Shown piece by piece: positions 13,299 through 26,319 of a stretch of 64,000 nucleotides of DNA. The DNA comes from Eledone cirrhosa (taxonomy: Eukaryota), in NCBI GenBank assembly GCA_964016885.1, contig OZ024746.1, positions 69,874,001-69,938,000 on the forward strand, given 5' to 3'. The notes beneath the pieces were generated by a model. It ran no database searches. It saw nothing but the letters and a program-made list of their open reading frames with translations, and was not told the DNA's origin. Positions within the stretch are counted from its first letter, which is position 1. Every line of letters begins with the position of its first letter. A program made the translations under genes and the position numbers.

Positions 13299-16200
13299 TT
13301 TCTTTATTGGCCACAAGAGCTGACATCAAGAAAAACATTACAGACGGCACAGGACGGTACAGGACGGTACGATGTGGGTTTTGTGTGTGTAAATATTTTT
13401 ATTATTTATATAAGAAAAGAAAAAAAAAAAGGACATAGAAACATATATATATATAAACAATAAAAATGAAATTGAAACAATGAAAAATTCCCCAATAGTC
13501 CGTTCACTCGGACCATTCTCGCTACATTCACCCACCTTTCAACAAATTTGCTAGAAGGCAGCACTTGCCTCTCCACCCTGATTTTCCTCTTCAAGTGAAA
13601 CTTGAAAAAGTTAATTAGGGATTCGCCGAAGAGGAAAGTGTTTGTCTTTAATCCTTTTAACCTTGTCCACCACACAATCTCTTTCGCCATGGCCACCAGG
13701 CAGATGAAAACCGCCTGCCGTTCCTCCTCGAAGGAAGACGGCGAGACCATCTGCACAATGGACTCAGTCGACAACCGGATCAGTCCCACACGCGACAGCA
13801 ACTGTTCGACATAGCTCCACAAGTCAGCAAAGCTCGGGCACTGAACGAGTGCGTGCACGACGGTTTCGTCGCTCTGCGCGCATCTCGGACAGGCACGGCT
13901 GACGGCACTTCCGTGCCTGTCGAGCTTATCTCGAACCGGCAGCGCTCCCCGGTAGCACTGCCAGGCCAGGGATTTTTGGAAGTTATCCGTAGGCCCCGGG
14001 TTGAAAGTTCTCCGGAAGAGAGCAAACAGCTGATCTTCTTCAATGCCCAGGATCTCTCCGAGAATGTCGTCGCTCTTCCCCTCCACTAGTCCTCTATAGA
14101 ACGCCGAGGTGTATGTTCCACCGGTACTGGTGCCCAGCTGGCAGAGGTCAGTGAGCGCCTGGAGACATTCCAGTTTCCAAGCGCTATCCCTCGGTCTTTT
14201 TCTGACCCAGGACTGCAGCTCCGTCAAAGAGACGAGCTGTGGGAAAACGTGCCTGGTGAACAGCGACCACACCTGTTCACCATCAAGGAAGCACCAGAGA
14301 TGTCGCAGCCTCAGCGCATGTTTGCGTATCATCAGCCATGGCATGCCCAGTCCTCCACGCAACGGGTGTTGACAGCAGATGGATCGTCTGACCATGGGAG
14401 CGCGTCCCTTCCACAAAAAGCGGAAGAGGAGGCGCTCCATTTTGGTGAGAGTTGGGTTGGAGCAAGGGACGACGGTGAGTCGGTAGCAGATGACGGATGC
14501 GATGTACGCATTCGCCACCTCCGCCCGGCCTTTCAGGGACAGCTTCCTCTCAGCCAATTTCTGGGTGAGGGAGGCCACCCTGCTCGTCACCTCGTTCCAG
14601 TTTTTCTCCATCTGGAGGTCCGGTCCGAACCAGACACCGAGCAATTTAACCGGTCCGTCCGTCCAACGTCCCACGACGCTCTCGGACGGCATGGACTTGC
14701 CTCTCCAGGTGCCGAGCTGCAAGCCCACCGACTTTTCCTGGTTTATCTTTGCTCCTGTCACCGCTTCGTATTCCTTGAGAGCGGTGCCGAGCATCTGGAC
14801 GTGTCTGGTGCTCGACACCACCACGGTGACGTCGTCAGCGTAAGCCGACTCGGATTTCCTGCATCCTAGTTCGCGTGGGACGCCCCTCATCGCCCCCAGT
14901 TTGTGCAGTAACGGCTCGAGAGCCAATACGTACAAGAGGGACGAGAGGGGACAACTCTGGCGGACTGAGCGCACGATGCTGAACCGCTGCGACAGGTGAC
15001 CGTTGACCCTCACAACTGAGCAGATGTCGCTGTACATTGCTGCGAACGACACCCTGAAAACGGTCCCGAAACCGGCTGCCTCGAGGACCACCGACCGGTA
15101 CCGATGGTCGACCCTATCGAATGCTTTGGATTGATCCAAGTTGATCAGGGCCCCACCCTTGCCAGGTTCCTTAACCACCCTCTCTATGATGTATCGCATG
15201 AGGTGGAGGTTGTCGTGTATGGATCTGTCCGGAATGGCGCATGTCTGCGCCTCTCCCACCAAGACTCTTGACGACAAGCGCCAACCTCGTTGCTAACACC
15301 TTGGCCAAAATCTTGAACTCTGCGTTTAGCAGGGTTATGGGCCTGAAATTATCGATAACATCCCCCTTGTTCGGGTCTTTTCTCAGCAGCGCCACTGCTC
15401 CCGGCTCACAAAACTGGGAATGCTCCCGTTCTGCTGCCAGTTGTAGTAGACGTCTGCCAAGGGGTCACCGAACAAGTCTGGCATAAATGCATAAAGCTCG
15501 TAGGGCAGACCATCCAAACCTGGCGATTTACCCCTTGTGCAGTTAGCCATCGCTTCCCGTATTTCACCGGCTGTTATTGGCTTTTCGCAACACTGTGCTG
15601 CGGTCGTCGAGAGCCGAGGCAGTCCGTCGAGGTATGCACTGAAGTCCATGCCCCGATTCGGGCCGCAGCCGCTCCCGAACAGTTCAGCAAAGTGCTGCTG
15701 AAAAGCTTCACACATCCGCTCGGGTTCGAGCATCACGCACCCGTTTTGGTCAGACAAAGACCGAATTGTGGCTTTGTTGCCACGTCGCGCCTCTGCCACC
15801 CGAGCCCATTGGACGGATTTTGTCCCCTCGTGTTTCAGAGCACGTGCTCTAGCTCTGACAACGCAGCTTTCGTGTTTTGCGTTGAAGAATTGGTCGAGTG
15901 CCAATCTCGCTGCAAGCACGTCGGTTGCGATGCCTGTCCTAAACGCCTCTTCTAGCTTTCTGACTAGCTCTTCCTCTATTCTATTTTCCTCTATCACTAC
16001 TCCTTTGCTAAACCTAATCGACTCTACTTTAATTGCCCTTTTCAGGGCGAACCACCACCTGTTGTTGACGATCGCTCCCGTCAACGCCCGCTTAACTAAT
16101 ACGCTAATCCGGTCTCTGTAGGCTTTGCGCGCTGGGAAAGACGCGTTCAGCTTCCAGTAACCAGGCCCTTGTCTATGAAGTCTGTCTATGTCGATCTCAC

Positions 16201-16856
16201 AGATCACAAATTTGTGGTCTGTGTAGTCGACTATTTTAAATTGTGGACAACTTATACTAGCCTTATCTAGTTCTCTCCAGAATACCCTATCGAGATACAA
16301 TCTGGATGACCCGATACGGTTTGTCCAAGTCCACATTGGCACATTCGGGTGATCCAGTCTATACCTGCCAGACAATTCAAAACGTCTGAGCAGGTTGGTG
16401 AGGCTCTTGCACCCTCCTCCCCTATCCACTAGCCACACACAATCCCAGCGTGCATCCAATATACCGTTCCAGTTGCCCACTAACACTAAAGAGCGGGACG
16501 TTTCAAGAAAGGTCTCTAGACGTCTGAAGAAATCTGGCCGTCCTGTCCCTGTTGGGGCGTAGACTGCTACTAGCCTGAAACATTGCCTTCGCTGCCGGTC
16601 ACATCCAGCACCACCGACTTACCTTCTGGGTCTACGAAGATGGCCCGTATCGCGAGATCCAAGTCTCTCCGAAAAAGGACGGCGACCCCTCCCCCTGATC
16701 CTGGACGGCTGGGAGATGCGTATACATCGTAGCCGCCGAAGATCGGTGCGAAGGCTTGTGCTTCGGAGATTCTGGTTTCACTGATGGCCACCACATCTAT
16801 GTTTAGTGACCTGAGGTAGTTGAGCAGGTGACCCTGCTTCCAAGATGACAGGGGTG
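13296..16856 (-). mobile_element. Tx1/L1-clade LINE, 5'-truncated ORF2 (APE endonuclease, RT, zinc finger), frameshifted
   Basis: VAISETR, GGGVAVL, YLDRVF, TDHK, GPGYWKLN, KSPGLDGLP, LDQSKAFDRVDH, VRQSCPLS, AYADD and CPRC..ETVVHALVQC across ORFs 16570..16794, 15383..16486, 15171..15395 and 13406..15277. (TAA)n on both flanks. Confidence 0.93.
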
Positions 16857-16880
16857 ATTATAATAATAATAATAATAATA

Positions 16881-19800
16881 AAAGAACTAATGGGTGGATA
16901 AGCGAGCTGGAACTGGAGGAACTGAGCAGAGAGATTAGGTTGGACATGGAGAGTGGAGTATGCCAGGCAAACGAGCCAGTGGGAAATGAAGGTGAAGAGG
17001 TTGAGGGAACGGAGGAACCATCCGAAGCAGACAATGATCTGAATGCTGAAATAAATAATACCTGGAACAGAGATACGGCCATTGAGGAGATGAAAGCTGA
17101 CGGGCTAGGACAAGAGTTGTTTGATATCCTAAACTTTGTGGTAGATGAAATGAACAGTGATAGTGGGAAACCTATGAACCTAAGATTTGTAGACAGGAAA
17201 AAGTTAAAAGAAACAACAGCTAAGGTAAACAAAGTCATCCCATACCTTGAGGCGAGGAGCCTTCACCAGTGCAACAATATCCTCAAAGCAACAGCAAATG
17301 CGGTGAGGAAATTACTTGGCATAAAAGCGAGAGGAAACAACAAACAAGAAAGTTCAGAACCTTGGTGGAAGAAACGACTGAATGGTCAAATCAGGCAAAT
17401 GAGAAATGACATTGGAAAGCTTGAATCCCTACTGAATGGGACACTAAAAAACATAGACACTAAAAATAGACTGGAAATAAAGTACAAAACTAGGAGGAAA
17501 AAACTAAATATTATCATAGAGGAACTGAAGCAACGCATTCTAGCAAAGAGTGCAAAAATAGGCGACACGAGAGCAGAGTCAGTCAGTATAGACAGAACCG
17601 CATGTTTGACAACAACCAGATGTTGTTTGGACAGCTTGAAGGGAAAGAAAGAGGCAACGACTTGATCCCCGAGGCGGAACAAACTAAGACATTCTGGAGA
17701 GGAATATGGGAGAAGGTTGTTAAACATAATGACCAGGCAGTGTGGATTGAGACAGTACAAAAGGAGATTAGTGAACAGGCACACCAACAAACTGATTTGA
17801 GTATCACAGTTGAAATTCTTAAGGGGTAGGCCAAAAAACTAACCATCTGGAAATCACCAGGCCCAGATGGTGTGCAGGGGTATTGGATTAAAAATATAAC
17901 ATCCCTCCACCCGAAACTGACAGCCATGTTCAATGACTGCTTGATGTCAGGTGAGGTACCAGAGTGGTTGACAAAAGGTACCACAGCCCTGGTAATGAAA
18001 GACGAATCAAGGGTAATGATGTTACCAACTATAGACCTATCACATGTCTGTCCGTAATGTGGAAACTGTTGACAAGCATTGTGTCTGAGGAAATCTATCA
18101 TCACCTGCACACAAACAACTTGTTACCAGACGAACAGAAAGGATGCCGAAAGAAGTCCCGTGGTACAAAGGACCAGTTACTTATTGATAAGATGGTAATG
18201 AGGAATTGCAAGAGGAGACACACTGGTCTTACCATGGGATAGATAGACTACAAAAAGGCATTTGACATGGTGCCTCATTCTTGGATCACCAAAAGCCTAG
18301 AGATCTTCAGGGTGGCAGATAACATCAGACAGTTGTTGAGCAAAAGTATGAAGTCCTGGAAAACAGAGTTAACATCAGCTGGAGAATCCTTGGGAGGCGT
18401 GAAGATTAAGAGAGGTATCTTCCAGGGAGATAGTCTGTCCCCTCTGTTGTTTGTCCTTGCCCTGATGCCCCTGACCATTATACTGCGAAAAGTGAGAGCA
18501 GGATACAAGTTGGGAAAAGGAGAACTTACCATCAATCACCTCCTCTTCATGGACGATCTTAAGCTCTTCGGGAAGAGTGAGAAGGAGCTGGATGTGCTTG
18601 TTGACACTGTCCGTATTTTCAGCAATGATATATGTATGCAATTTGGTATTAGTAAGTGTGGTGTCCTTGTGATGAAGAGGGGGTGAATTGAACAGAAGCA
18701 ACGGAATCCAGGTACCAACAGGTGAGATGATAAAGGAAATTGACACTGAAGAAGGATACAAGTATTTGGGTGTTCTGGAGGCTGATGACATCAAGAACAA
18801 AAAAATGAAGGAATTGATAAGATCTGAATACATTCGGAAAGTAAGGAGCGTATTAAAGTCACATCTGAACAGTAGGAATGCCATAAGTGCAGTAAATTCC
18901 CGAGCTGTGTCTATTATTAGGTACAGTGCGGAAATTCTGAGATGGAATGTTGCTGAACAAAAAGAAATGGATAGGAAGACTAGGAAGCTATTGACGATCT
19001 ACAACATGTTCCACAAGAGGAGTGATGTCAATAGACTCTACTTAAGGAGATCGGAAGGTGGAAGAGGTCTTATCAGCATAGAGGACTGTGTTCAGATGGA
19101 GAAAAGCAACCCCTATACAAATACGTGACCGATAGTAAGGAGCCAATGCTCAGAATTGTACTGAAGGAGAGGACAATAGACCAGGGGATGTCCAAGGAGG
19201 AAATAACAACAAGGAGAAAGAGCAGCCTTCATAAAAAATCCCTTCATAGTACCTTCTTTGAGAAAACGGAATTCAGAGATCCACAGGCATGGAACTGGTT
19301 GAAAAGAGGAGACCTTTAAAAGGCTACAGAAGGAATGCTAATGGCTGCGCAAGAGCAGGCCCTCAAAACGAAGTGGCTGAAACACCATACTTACAAGGAG
19401 GAGGCTAGCCCACTGTGCAGGATCTGTGGAGAGAGAGAGGAGCCTGTGGCTCACATTGTATCCGAGTGTAAACACCTAGCCCAGACTCACTATAAAGAAT
19501 GGAGACATGATGTGATGGGCAGGGTGATCCACTGGCACCTGTGCAAAGTAAACAATTTACCACATTCTGAGAAGTGGTATGAGCATAAGCCAGAGTCGGT
19601 GATAGAAAACGATCAGTTGAAGGTGCTGTGGGATTTTAGGATACAGACGGACAAGAAACTGGAACACAATAGACCTGACCTGGTGGTTTTGGACAAGGAA
19701 AAAAGATCGTGCCTGATTGTGAATGTGGTCTGCCCATTCGACACGAGAGTGCAAGAGAAGGAGACGGAGAACATTAACCGATACCAGGACTTAAAGTGGG

Positions 19801-20059
19801 AGGTAAAAAGGATTTGGAACTGCCATGAAGTCAAAGTGGTCTCGATTGTCATAGGCGCACTAGGTACTATCTCAAGGAGTTTCCAGGGTTGGTTAAAGAA
19901 AATTGTCCCCACCCCGCTTTTTGGAACACTTCAAAAGGCATGCTTGCTGGGAACAGCAAGAACCCTCCGATACGTCCTGAATATCTGAGGCTGCAGGTAC
20001 TGGCTTGATATTCAATTCAACAAACTTTCCAGTTAACTAACATCAATGACAGACTCAAA

Positions 20060-20060
<1 letters not shown>
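16881..20060 (+). mobile_element. R4/Dong-clade LINE, 5'-truncated and frameshifted (RT + RLE), (TAA)n tail
   Basis: [56 protein letters not shown] and RPDLVV. (TAA)n at 16858-16880 and 20061-20107. Confidence 0.93.
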
Positions 20061-20108
<48 letters not shown>

Positions 20109-21049
20109 GTCACGAAATTGCTCCCGTAAGTTTTTTGATTTTTAACATATTTAAATCAATTGTGAAAGAACAATTCTTAGCACAAATGTTGCATAAAGGC
20201 ACCGAATGAGGTCCCATAAAGTTTCGGATCCATATTATATTGTTGTATCCATATTATATTGTTGTATCGCTCAAATATTCAATTTTGTATGATATATTTT
20301 GTATTCAAAAAAAGAAAATGGTTATAAATGGAACAAAACACCCTCTGTCTACACTATATAGAACAGCGGCAATTTCAATTTCACCAACACCAGAAACTTG
20401 ATACACTACCTATCCCATCACACTAAATATAACGGCAACTTCACCGGCATCATAATAATAATTACTATTATTATTGTCTCAAATTTAAAAAAATGTTTAA
20501 TTCAAATTTTACGGGAATATGTCAACACAAAATATAATGAAAATATATATTAAACATACGAACACAAACTCATAGATACTATATCAGTAACCACAACACC
20601 ACCGCTGCCACCATTCCATCACATCCATCATCGCCGCCACCACTCATTCAATGCTACTGACACTATTCCCCTGTTAACTTGAGAGAGAAAAGGGAAGGTG
20701 GTGGTAGCACTAGACAAGAGAGAGGCTAGCAAAAGATATAAATAGATTGACTTGGTGACCTTGCCACGGACAAACGTCTACATCAACAATTATGGGACTG
20801 CTGGCTCACCCCTTCCTCACCAACAATATAAAAAGCCCCGGCACCACCACCGACATAGCCAGCAGCAATAACAGCGAACTACAACAAAAAGTATATTATA
20901 TTATTGTAATGCACTGGGTGATTGCTGGCCTTGTCCCTGGAGTGGAGACAATTATTAATAATTTCATTCTTAAGCCACGCAATGCTCACATTAAGGAACC
21001 ACTCATGATAATAACAATTTAAAAAAAAACAACAAAAATAAAACCCCGT

Positions 21050-21138
21050 GACCAAGAAATACCGGGATGGCGGCCGGCGGGGAATAGCCATGTCTCTAGG
21101 GGAGAACGACCCCTCTAGTCTTGGTTGACACTCGTTCT
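21050..21138 (+). ncRNA. Candidate HDV-like ribozyme in Dong 5' UTR
   Basis: P1 GACCAA/TTGGTT (G-U first pair), P2 AGAAC/GTTCT, P3 GAC/GTC, L3 CCCTCTA. No P4 and an atypical J4/2. Confidence 0.4.
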
Positions 21139-21203
21139 AGAAGTGGTAACACGAAAAGATTACCCCTTGGCGGATAAGGATAAAACGCGACAAAATAAAG
21201 TAG

Positions 21204-24200
21204 ATGTCTAATGATGAAATCTCATACCGGATCGGCCGTCACCCGGGTAAAAAAGGGCCGCGTCCCTCAGAGAGGAACCAGACTGGGGTCGAAAAATCAG
21301 CTAATGGTTCAAACCTTCCCATCACTTCGGAGCTGGAGACCTCCCATAACCGGAATACTCCTACTGTTGGCCCTCCATGCTCACCACCAAGAAATCCAAA
21401 GAAAAAGAGAGAAAAATGGTCAAGGGAAGATAATAAAGAAGTCCTTGAGGCTTTCTATACTGCCATGTACTACCCATCAAATACATCGAATACAGAGCAA
21501 ACATATATCAACTGGAAAAAGAAACATCCCGAAAACAGAGGCTATATTGACAGTAACAAACTAGCCAATATACGAAGAAATATTGTAAGAAAAAAGTTAC
21601 TAACTGATATAGAAATTGATCAGATCAAGCTAGTAGCACAAAGTCAGCGAAGGGAAAATGAAGCACGTGTCAGTGAAAACGAGGTAAACTGTAACACTTC
21701 GAATCCCAGAGTTGGGGCGGAATCACTGGCAACAGAACAAATTAAAGAAAGGAGCGAAAAAGTGGAGGGAGTGCATGCTCAGGATGAAACTCCAAATGAA
21801 AATAATGAGATCGTAAATGATAAAGAAATGAATGAGAATGAACTTGCCAACTTGAAGGATGAAATTATGATCGAATGGATGAAAATGAAAGAAACTGACA
21901 TGGGGGAACGAGACACCCTCCCTAAGATCCAGAACTCCAAACAGAACCAAAAGATAATACACAAGACTAACATAATTCTCAAAAACATTATCATCACAAA
22001 CAAAATAAACATTACTGACTTAAATCATCTCTATTATGCATCGGCTAAAGTCACCACTCACTTATGTGGAGTGAAGATGAAAAAACAAAGGAATTCCCAC
22101 AAGAAATCTACTTGGCAAGATAACATCAATCGCCAAATAAACCTTCTCCGATCTGACATAGAAATTTTAACAAACTATAAAGTAGGTGAACATGTTAAAC
22201 AAACTAAACTTAGAAAATTGAAAAAAAAGTACAGTATAAGATCAACATGTGACATAGACATGCTGATAGAAACAATCAAGCAAAAAGTGTCGGCCAAAGC
22301 TGCTCGTATAAGGCGCTTTGAAAAACGATCTAGATTCTATAAGGACAATAATATGTTCAAAAACAACCAAAGAAACTTCTACAGAAAAATTGGTAAGTCA
22401 ACAATAACTGCTAAATCAATACCACCCAAGGAGGAAGTGCAAGAATTCTGGGAAAAGATCTGGGCCGAAGAAAAAGTTCATAACATACATGCCCCATGGA
22501 TAGACAGACAAATGAAAGAAACAGCTCACCTTGAAGAACAAACATGGGAAAATATAACAGTTGAACAGCTGCGCTTGGCTCTAAGAAAAACCAGCAAATG
22601 GAAATCCCCAGGAAAAGACAAAATACAAAACTTTTGGATAAATGCCTTCACAGAGTCTCATGAGCTGTTGGCCCAACTTTACAATGAAATAGTTAAGGAG
22701 CCAGAAAAGATACCATCATGGCTAGTTAACGGCATTACATTCCTGCTACCGAAGAATGATGAGACAAACAATCCCAAAAATTACAGACCGATAACCTGCT
22801 TGACCACAATGTATAAAATTTTAACATCAGTCCTAACTGAATACACATATGACCACCTGATAACAAATGACCTATTTCCCATTGAGCAGAAAGGGTGTAA
22901 ACGAGGCTCATATGGCTGTAAGGATCAGCTCTGGTTAACAAAATGATACTGGAAGATTGTCATAATAGACACAAAAATCTATCGATTGCTTGGATAGATT
23001 ATAAAAAAGCATTTGATAGTTTGCCACACAGTTGGATTGAAAAATGTTTAGAGATTTTCAAAATATCCCCCGTTGTCAGGAGGTTTTTGTCATTCAGTAT
23101 GAGGACATGGAGAACGACACTCCTTTTGAATAGTGAAACAAAATCACTGGAAGCTGGAGAAGTTAACATTAATTGTGGAATTTTTCAGGGTGACTCTTTA
23201 TCACCGCTTTTATTCTGCATCGCACTTATACCATTAAGTAAAATGCTCAATGAAACAAAACATGGATATAGAGTCTATGACAAAACCATTAATCACCTGT
23301 TCTACATGGATGACCTGAAACTATTCGCAAAAAATGATGAACAATTGCAAGGGCTATTATCCACTGTGAAGCAGTTCAGTGATGACATTAAAATGGAGTT
23401 TGGACTGGATAAATGCGCCAAAGCAACGTTCACCAGAGGAAAGCTGCTGAAGAGTTCAGACATTAATCTTGATCGGGGGAACGTGATAAGAGAGCTTGAT
23501 CAAGAACAAACTTACAAATATCTAGGTGTTTGTGAAGGAGACGGAATCAAGCACTCGACAATGAGGGAAAGGATAAGGAAGGAATGTTACCGCAGAGTCA
23601 GAGCAATCTTAAGAACGGAATTGAATGCAAGGAATAGGATCGATGCCATAAACACGCTTGCCATACCAGTAGTAACCTACAGTTACAATGTCATCAACTG
23701 GTCAAGCACAGAGATCCGTAGGCTCGATACAAAAATCCGAAAATTCTTAACCATGCACAGAATGCATCACCCTAAGGCAGACATAGATAGAATATATCTC
23801 CCTAGGAAAGAAGGAGGACGTGGGTTAATCCAGTTAGACATTGCGTTGAAAACTGCAACAATTGGATTATCCACATATCTAAGGGAATCACATGATTGGA
23901 TGATCAAACTCGTTTTGAAACACGAAAGCACCAAAAGATCATATTCCATTACAAAAGATGCACAAAGATACAGTAATGGACTACAAATTTCAGAAGTCCC
24001 ATTTACTGCTGAAATGGAAAACACAGAAAAAGCAAAGCAGGTAAAAGTAACTGCAAAGAAAGAACTGCTACAGAAACTGGCTAAGAAATGGCAAGAAAAG
24101 CCTCTGTATGGAAAATACCCAGAGCGAGCTAACAATCCTGATGTTGACAAAACTTTAACCCATCAGTGGTTGGCATCCTCTGGACTGAAATCGGAGACTG

Positions 24201-24853
24201 AAGGACTGATTATCTCCGCACAAGATCAGTGTCTGCCAACAAAAAATTACCAAGCCAACATAATAAAAAATGGGTGCAGCCCATTATGCCGTGTATGCAA
24301 AAAACAACCAGAGACCATTGACCATATAATTTCAATGTGCAGTCCTATAGCTCCAACCGAATACCTAAACAGGCATGACAGAGCTGCACAATACATACAT
24401 TGGATAATGTGTAAGCATTTTGACCTGCCCCATCAAAAGAATTGGTGGGAGCATCAACCACCTCCCATACTTGAAAAAGATCACATCTCAATCTTGTGGA
24501 ACTTTAGCATCCAAACAGACCGAAAAATAGATGCAAATAGACCTGATATAATATTGAAGGACTTTCAAAGGAGGGTATGCCTGCTAATTGATATGTCTGT
24601 TCCAATAGACAAGAATGTATCTATAAAAACATTTGAAAAATTGAGCAAGTATAAGGACCTGGAGATAGAAATTGGAAAAATGTGGAAATTGAGAACTAAA
24701 ACAATACCAGTGGTTGTAGGCGCTCTGGGAATGATACCTAAGGGGTCTAACGACTACTTATCGCAAATCCCAGGAAACCCGCGTATAGGAGAAATACAAA
24801 AGATAGTACTAATGGGAACTGCCCATATACTAAGGAAGATCCTGTCAATATAA
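21204..24853 (+). pseudogene. Dong/R4 polyprotein (N-terminal region, RT, CCHC finger, RLE) with one frameshift near 22930
   Basis: GCKDQL/(L)VNKMILED junction; FQGDSLSP, FYMDDLK, CRVC..H..C, RHD and RPDI..D motifs intact. Confidence 0.9.
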
Positions 24854-25020
24854 GTACATCACAAGTCTAAACACTAAGGATGCATGTGTGAATATGTGTG
24901 TTCTTTCTTGAACATGGCGGACCTTGTTGTCTCTTGAGGTCACTGGTTGTGACTTGGTGATAACTCGTATAAACATAAAGCAAGATAAATGCAAATAATA
25001 ATAATAATAATAATAATAAT

Positions 25021-25968
25021 GTTTTCTTTATTAACCACAAGGGTTCACATAAAGTAGACATTAAGGACAGTACAGGACAATACAGGACGGTACAAATGGG
25101 CATTTCTGCGTGTAAAAAAACAGAGGTTGAAATAAAATAACAAAGAAAAATTCCCCAATAGGGGGGAGACTTCCAAGGGACATTTGTGGAGAAAGCCCAT
25201 TAAAAGACCACAGTGGCCCTGACCACCAGGGCAAGTGCCCTCTCCCAGTTTTCCACCTTTAATTTACAGACACATACTCAGAGAAGGCCCATTCATTCGG
25301 GCCATACTTGCTTCTCTCACCCATCTTTCAACAAAATGCTGGGAAGAGAGCACTTCCCTCTCTACCCTGATTTTCCTTTTCAAATGAAATTTGAAAAAGT
25401 TAATCAGGGCATCACCGAAGAGGTAAGTGCTCGTCTTCAGCCCTTTCAAACGTGTCCACCATACTATCTCTTTCGCCATGGCCACCAGACAGATAAAAAC
25501 TGCCTGCCCTTCCAGGCTAAAGGAAGGGGGCGGGGCAATCCTCACGATGGACCCAGCTGATAGCTGGATAGGTCCTACACGTGACAGCAGGTGTTCGACA
25601 TAAACCCACAAGTCAGCAATGCTCGGACACTGGACGAGTGCGTGCAGGACGGTTTCGTCGCCCTGCGCGCATCTCGGACATGCCCGGCTGACGGCACCTC
25701 CATGCCTGTAGAGTTTATCCCGAACTGGCAAAGCTCCCCGGTAGCACTGCCAGGCCAGGGATTTCTGGAAGTTGTCCATAGGCCCCGGCCCGAAAGTCCT
25801 TCCGAAGAGATTGGCTAGTTGATTTTCGTCGACGCCTAGAGTTTCTCCAAGTACGTCGTCGCTCTTCCCCTCCACTAATCCCCTATAGAACGCCAAGGTG
25901 GAGTTTCCACCGATCACATTGCCCGATTGGTCGAGGGCTGTGAGCGCCTCAAGACATTCCAGTCTCCA
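25021..25968 (-). mobile_element. Tx1/L1-clade LINE 3' fragment
   Basis: ORF 25264..25917 is highly similar to the C-terminus of 13406..15277; (TAA)n on both sides. Confidence 0.92.
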
Positions 25969-25977
25969 AATAATAAT

Positions 25978-26165
25978 AATAATTGTTTCTACTTATGGCA
26001 CAAGGCCAGCAATTATCCCAGTACATTACTGGTTCTTTATTTTATCGACCCCGTAAGGATGAAAGGCAAAGTGTACCTCGGCGGGATTTGAACTCAGACC
26101 ATAAAGGGGTGTAACTCTATGCTGCAAAGAAAGGCGTCCGACCTTCTACCGATACTGCCAATAAT
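25978..26165 (-). mobile_element. tRNA-derived SINE, full copy
   Basis: A/B boxes, core and tail on the minus strand. Confidence 0.88.
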
Positions 26166-26319
26166 AATAAAAAGGACGATTTGTTGTCTTCATTACGTTT
26201 ACAGAATAGTGATGCACGTTTTGCTATTGATCAGCTCAAGGTTCAATCTGTGTCGATCTAGCCTGACTCTGGAATCAAAAGCTCGTCGGACCTATATATA
26301 TATATATATATATATATAG

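Larger units (their letters stand above)
21045..24993 (+). mobile_element. Near-full-length R4/Dong-clade LINE (second family)
   Basis: Structured 5' UTR, ORFs 21204..22946 and 22943..24853 separated by a single frameshift, short 3' UTR and (AAT)n tail at 24994-25020. Confidence 0.94.

Noticed and set aside
14249-14869. 206-aa plus-strand ORF
   Set aside because: Antisense shadow of the GC-rich Tx1 RT region.
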